DNA of 64,000 bases from a virus. Numbering within the stretch: the first letter of the stretch is position 1; every line of letters starts with the position of its first letter. This document shows, piece after piece, positions 59,893 through 64,000 of the stretch. The DNA lies in the IMG/VR virus record IMGVR_UViG_3300044815_000165, positions 25,134 to 89,133 of that record; one strand, 5' to 3'. Position numbers and translations under genes: made by a program. The notes beneath the pieces are model-generated. The model had not been told where the DNA came from, searched no databases, and saw only the letters and a program-made list of their open reading frames with translations.

Positions 59893-60278
59893 CAATTCTC
59901 GGGCTCGTCGCCGTTCGCGAGGAACCGAACACAATCCGTGCACATGTCCGACTCGTGGTGGAGATCTCGGATGGGAACGTTCGGGTTCCCGCTCGGGATC
60001 ACGTGGACCCAATGCCACACGTAGCGGTCTCCACCGAGACGCGATCCGCACACGCCACACGGACACCACGAGAACTCGGCTTCGTCGTTGGTCTTGCCAG
60101 ACTCCCAGAGCTTGCGAAACTCCGCGGCGATCGTCTCCTGCGCTCGCGGCGTGTCGCTCTCGTCGCGCAGCACGATCCCGTGATTCTCTGCGCACGTCAT
60201 GCATCCCGGACACGCACCGCTCGAGACGCCTTCCATCCCGTGCGTGCCACGCGCTACCGCGTCGGTGAACTCGCTCAC
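59883..60278 (-). CDS. Cys-rich hypothetical protein
   Basis: CPGCMTC, CGVC, CTDC; start inferred from GTGA overlap. Confidence 0.5.
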   Translation of the reverse strand: MSEFTDAVARGTHGMEGVSSGACPGCMTCAENHGIVLRDESDTPRAQETIAAEFRKLWESGKTNDEAEFSWCPCGVCGSRLGGDRYVWHWVHVIPSGNPNVPIRDLHHESDMCTDCVRFLANGDEPENWKR

Positions 60279-61146
60279 GTCTTCACCTGAGACGCGCGCC
60301 ACTCTTTGATCGTGGTGAGGATGCTACGCAACCCGTCCTCGTCCTCGTACAGCTCGTCGTGTTCGCTCGCGCTGCTACGTTCGCGCGTGAGATTGCAGTC
60401 ATCGAGAGCGCTCTGCGCCTCGGACTCCAAGTTGTCCGCGAGCATCGCGATCCACTCGTCGTCGGACAGAGGACCATCGCAGCCGCGCGGACGGATGGTT
60501 CCGGTTCCGAGGTAGCCGGAGGACGACAGCGCGTAGAGCATGCTCGTCATTCCGCCGTGCCAGTGCTCGGCCGCGACGATGGCATCGTGCTCGAAATCGA
60601 TTCGTTTCTTCATGAGTTCAGGCTCCGTTCGTGGTGAGAGTTGAGAGACAGAGGCTTGATCGAAACCACGAGAGACTCGCGGGCTCGATGAAACCACCGC
60701 GTCGGTGGATTCGAGACTAGACCGATCGGAGTTGTCCGTTCTCGCGGACCATCAGCAACGTGGGCTCGTCGCGAGAGAAATAACCCTCGCCAGAACCGCG
60801 CCACTCCAAGCGACCTGTGAGACGCGTCCACGTACCGTCGTGGTACGCGATGTCGTGCGTCGCGCCGTTCGGTGCGCGCTTCGCTCGCACGCCGTCCTCG
60901 TACAGTTGCCACACGCAATGCGTGCGCTCCGTGAGATCGCGACAGCCCCAGTTGTGGGCACGCAACTCCTCGCGCTGCGAGACGGTCAGGTCGGCGCGCG
61001 CGAACATCTTGAAGCAGCGCTCGTGCACATCGTTCGCTGGCAGAGACAGCTCGGTGGCACGCGCCCACTCGCTGACGATCTGAGCTTTGAGAGACCGGAC
61101 GCGCGCCTCGCGTGTCTTCGACGTGCGCACGCGCTTGGGTTTCGCA

Positions 61147-61644
61147 TCACTCATCGGAGACACCGTCCGCGGCGTACTCTTCCGCTCGCAGGTCGCAGTA
61201 GCCCGCGACGTTCATCACGTACGCTCCGGTTTCCGAGTGGTAGCACTCGTCGAATTCCTCGCGATGGCTGATCTCGTCGAGAGTGTAGGAAGCGAAGAAC
61301 GCGAGGATGAAAGCCACGCGCTCGTGCGGTTTCATCTCCTGGATCACTTCGTCATGCTCGTCGAGATCAGATGACTCGTACGCGTTCGCGTAGTTTCCCG
61401 CGTCGAATGCTCGCGAGATCTCGGTCATCACTTCGACAGCCGCATCCGGGATGGATTTCATCTCCTTCCCTTTCGCGTCGAGCCCATAGAGGAAATTCCC
61501 CGAGAGATCGATCGCCCATCGTGGTTTGCCCGTGAGGAAACCGGCGATGACACCCTGAGAGATGTGGCCACGTTCGACTTCCGGGAATTCCGGCGAAGTC
61601 CAGAGCGCAGGTTCCAGCGACTGGTAACGGAATGCGGTTTTCAC
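61147..61644 (-). CDS. Hypothetical early protein with acidic C-terminal half
   Basis: GTGA overlap with the upstream 46-aa ORF. Confidence 0.55.
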   Translation of the reverse strand: MKTAFRYQSLEPALWTSPEFPEVERGHISQGVIAGFLTGKPRWAIDLSGNFLYGLDAKGKEMKSIPDAAVEVMTEISRAFDAGNYANAYESSDLDEHDEVIQEMKPHERVAFILAFFASYTLDEISHREEFDECYHSETGAYVMNVAGYCDLRAEEYAADGVSDE

Positions 61645-61781
61645 GCGACACCGATCCAGGTTGCGTCCGGCCATTCGAGACGCGCCAGAGCGAAAGCTCC
61701 GTCGAGAGTGTCCGCGAAGAACTCGCGAGACGGGACGATGCGGGTACGCGGTAAACCCGCGCACATGTAGAAGCGCAGCAT
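61641..61781 (-). CDS. 46-aa small protein (MLRFYMCAG...)
   Basis: Shared leader CGGAGTCTTGAATC-ATG; below the ORF track cutoff. Confidence 0.55.
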   Translation of the reverse strand: MLRFYMCAGLPRTRIVPSREFFADTLDGAFALARLEWPDATWIGVA

Positions 61782-61825
61782 GATTCAAGACTCCGTGGTG
61801 AAGGTTTCTGAGACGTGAGACGTGT

Positions 61826-61892
61826 TGGTCCCGTGGTAGGGAATCGAACCCTACACGCGACGGATGAGATCCGTCGTGCCGATTCACGCGAG
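61826..61892 (-). ncRNA. D-armless tRNA-like element ending in CCA
   Basis: T-arm TAGGG-TTCGATT-CCCTA, 3' CCACGGG-A-CCA, stem GACGG-ATCTCAT-CCGTC. Confidence 0.6.
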
Positions 61893-61905
61893 CTAGCAGC
61901 TGCAG

Positions 61906-62136
61906 CTAGTAACGGTCGAACATGTCGAACGTCGCATCGTCGAGAGAATCGCACGCTGAATTGTCGAAGTAGAAGATGGGATCGACGTGCCACACATCGA
62001 GGGAATCTAGATCCAGATCGACGGTCGCGAGATCCAGCGCATCGGTGTTGTCGTCGATCTCGTCGAGATTGATCTCCGTGATCGGGTCGTGCGAGTTCAG
62101 GATGAATGCGAGCGCGTGAGACGTGGCATGAGACAT
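61906..62136 (-). CDS. Small, very acidic protein
   Basis: 19 D/E versus 1 R in 76 aa; GGAG RBS. Confidence 0.65.
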   Translation of the reverse strand: MSHATSHALAFILNSHDPITEINLDEIDDNTDALDLATVDLDLDSLDVWHVDPIFYFDNSACDSLDDATFDMFDRY

Positions 62137-62263
62137 GAGAAAGCTCCGAGTTCAGGTTGAGTTCAGGTTGTGAGACGTTCGACCGTTCTAGGAGCGCGCA
62201 CGGATCTCTGACGCGAGACCGAGCGCGAACCTACAGCGTGCGAGCGTTGAGACGCGATGCGAG

Positions 62264-62413
62264 CTAGCGACGCATCCGCGCGCACCACGCGTGGAACGCT
62301 CGCGAAGTCTCGACGAGCGTACGGTTCGGCGTCAGTCCCCAATCGCGCATGAGTTCAGGATCGGACTGGAAGGGATCGAGGATGGCAAGCGACGAGCAGA
62401 TGACGTGGATCAT
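62264..62413 (-). CDS. 49-aa small protein (MIHVICSS...)
   Basis: Shared leader CGGAGTCTTGAATC-ATG. Confidence 0.55.
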   Translation of the reverse strand: MIHVICSSLAILDPFQSDPELMRDWGLTPNRTLVETSRAFHAWCARMRR

Positions 62414-62611
62414 GATTCAAGACTCCGAGTTCAGGTTGAGACGTTCGACCGTTCTAACCGCACGCACGATCCCGATGGATCGAGCGCGTAGTTACAGCGT
62501 GCGAGCGATGAGAGTGAGACGCGCTACCGTCGCCGTCGCCAGACGAGTAACAGAACGATGAGAGCAAATGCGATCCACGTGGCCGGAGTAGCACCGAACG
62601 TGATGGTCATC

Positions 62612-62830
62612 TCAGATCCCATCCGTCGAGATCGCGTGGTACGCGCGGCGGTACCAGGAGAGATCCTCATCGGTGAATCCGGGAACCTGGTAGCGCTCGG
62701 TTTCCGTCTCGTCGAGATCCAGATCGGGCGATCCGTCCGAGACGAGCATCACAGCGATCTCGTCGAGAGAGTCGAGAGAGTCGGCCGACATGATGAGAGA
62801 GTTCAGTGCGTGGCGAGTAGCGTGGGACAT
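62612..62830 (-). CDS. Small acidic protein, paralogue of 61906-62136
   Basis: MSHATRHAL versus MSHATSHAL; 15 D/E in 72 aa. Confidence 0.65.
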   Translation of the reverse strand: MSHATRHALNSLIMSADSLDSLDEIAVMLVSDGSPDLDLDETETERYQVPGFTDEDLSWYRRAYHAISTDGI

Positions 62831-62949
62831 GATTCAAGACTCCGAGTTCAGGGTTTGAGAGTTCAGTGAGCGGATACGAGATCCCTCGCGAGATCCCATC
62901 CCGAAGGATGAGATCTCGTGAAAGCGCGAGCGGTAGCGCTCGCGAGTCT

Positions 62950-63405
62950 CTACGCGGTAGCAGCGACGTCCGAGACGGTTTCCGTCTCGTCGTTTGCGAC
63001 GTCCGAGGATTCGATCTCGACGATCTCATCGGTGGGAAGCGCGGTAGGAGCGCTACCAACGTTCGCTAGGGACTCTGCGATGCCCTTGCGCGTCACTCCC
63101 ACGATCCCGCACGCTTCATCCGTCGCGGTAGCTAGCTCGTCGCATGCGGCAACGTACGCCGCAAAGACACGCATGTAGCGCTCGTTCGCTGCACCCAACT
63201 GCCCGAGGGCGCCCTCTAGGTTGCGCATCCGTCGCGCATCGTCATTCTTGCCGCGCGACACCCGAGCGAAGGGATTCTCCGTGCCAGTCTTACCCGCGCC
63301 ATAGGTGCGCTTGCTGGCGAGCTTGTCGATCTCGTGGTTGATCCGGCGACCGAGTGCCATCGCGATGGAGTGGGCGGTTTCGTTGGGGTTCTTCAGGTTC
63401 GACAT
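62950..63405 (-). CDS. Hypothetical protein, first gene of the leftward unit
   Basis: Follows the promoter at 63510-63538. Confidence 0.6.
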   Translation of the reverse strand: MSNLKNPNETAHSIAMALGRRINHEIDKLASKRTYGAGKTGTENPFARVSRGKNDDARRMRNLEGALGQLGAANERYMRVFAAYVAACDELATATDEACGIVGVTRKGIAESLANVGSAPTALPTDEIVEIESSDVANDETETVSDVAATA

Positions 63406-63509
63406 GGTTTCTAGGTCCGTTCTCTGTATTCAGGTTGCATGCCAGGTCGGGCGATCCCGCGTGCTACCAGGTAGCATCGCGTCGTCCGGTGGATCCTTGA
63501 TCCACCATC

Positions 63510-63538
63510 ACTGTAGGGCTTGCACGGTTCCGTGTCAA
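63510..63538 (-). promoter_or_regulatory. Near-consensus sigma70-type promoter without the operator palindrome
   Basis: TTGACA-17bp-TACAGT. Confidence 0.7.
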
Positions 63539-63575
63539 CACGAATTCGTACCTAGTGTGTCGATCCCGGGATCGC

Positions 63576-63838
63576 TACCCAATGGGGTACTCATGAGGTA
63601 GTGAGTACACAGGAGAGTGAGTGCACCCACGGACCATCCCGCACTAGCTACCCGTCCGACCATGCTCTAGCTACCTAGGACCCTACCTCTCACCCATTCA
63701 GCCTAGCAGCCCCCGACGTCACCCATGCTCCACACTCGCCACACTCGGACCGTCCGCACCCATGGCACCCATGCGCGACGTACCACCCATCACACCCATG
63801 CGACCTGTATGCCATCCTACGTATCGCCTGGCACCCAA
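63576..63838 (+). repeat. Cluster of CACCCAT direct repeats in non-coding DNA
   Basis: Exact copies at 63691, 63720, 63757, 63766, 63784, 63793; variants at 63576, 63624, 63832. Confidence 0.8.
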
Positions 63839-64000
63839 CGCTCCGGGGGTGTGATCCCCACACTGGCATCGCGCGCCCTCTGGCTCGGTCGCGGTCGCTC
63901 GCGCATCGCCCCCGACGGCACCGCTCGGTCCGCTCGCACGCCCGGGGGCCGACCGGCGCCGGTCCGTGAACCGCCCGAGGATACTCCGGGGGCCGGGTCT

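Larger units (their letters stand above)
1..64000. mobile_element. Segment of a large tailed dsDNA bacteriophage genome
   Basis: Terminase, tail-like proteins, own replisome, HNH endonucleases, dense small ORFs with ATGA/GTGA overlaps, two convergent transcription blocks, no host core genes. Confidence 0.95.

Noticed and set aside
60641-60720. Possible hammerhead ribozyme (GATGA/GAAAC words)
   Set aside because: No CUGANGA core with correctly arranged stems on either strand; retained only as a hairpin pair
1-64000. Stop-codon reassignment or an integrated prophage boundary
   Set aside because: Conserved genes are full length in the standard code and end in TAG, TGA or TAA. No integrase or host-gene junction is visible

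Overview
This GC-rich window looks like a 64-kb segment of a large tailed dsDNA phage. I see no integrase, rRNA, CRISPR array or host housekeeping operon, and the host cannot be assigned from sequence alone. The + strand (1-39367) starts with the end of a virion/tail module: a beta-helix tailspike-like protein, four tandem paralogues and an ANAVI-repeat protein. A replication/recombination module follows, with SF2 helicase, UDG-like protein, DnaB-like helicase, DnaG-like primase, family A polymerase, UvsY-like protein, gp32-like SSB, RecA, SbcD/SbcC, MT-A70 methyltransferase, resolvase and a probable TerS. The - strand (39364-63405) carries TerL, an RHH protein, a TopoVI-A-like Toprim protein, RuvB, a Ycf46-like AAA ATPase, two HNH nucleases and many small, probably early genes. 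The right end is non-coding with CACCCAT repeats and may be near a genome terminus. Main oddities: (1) RuvB with no full RuvA in the window, but with a predicted membrane-anchored RuvA domain III protein nearby; (2) a Pol A with a remodelled nucleotide-binding site; (3) two non-canonical tRNA-like RNAs and covarying structured intergenic elements; (4) eight palindromic operators on -35 boxes plus an AACCTGAA leader motif; (5) HNH cassettes that appear to supply recoded 5' ends of the downstream genes. All assignments are by eye from motifs; no searches were run.
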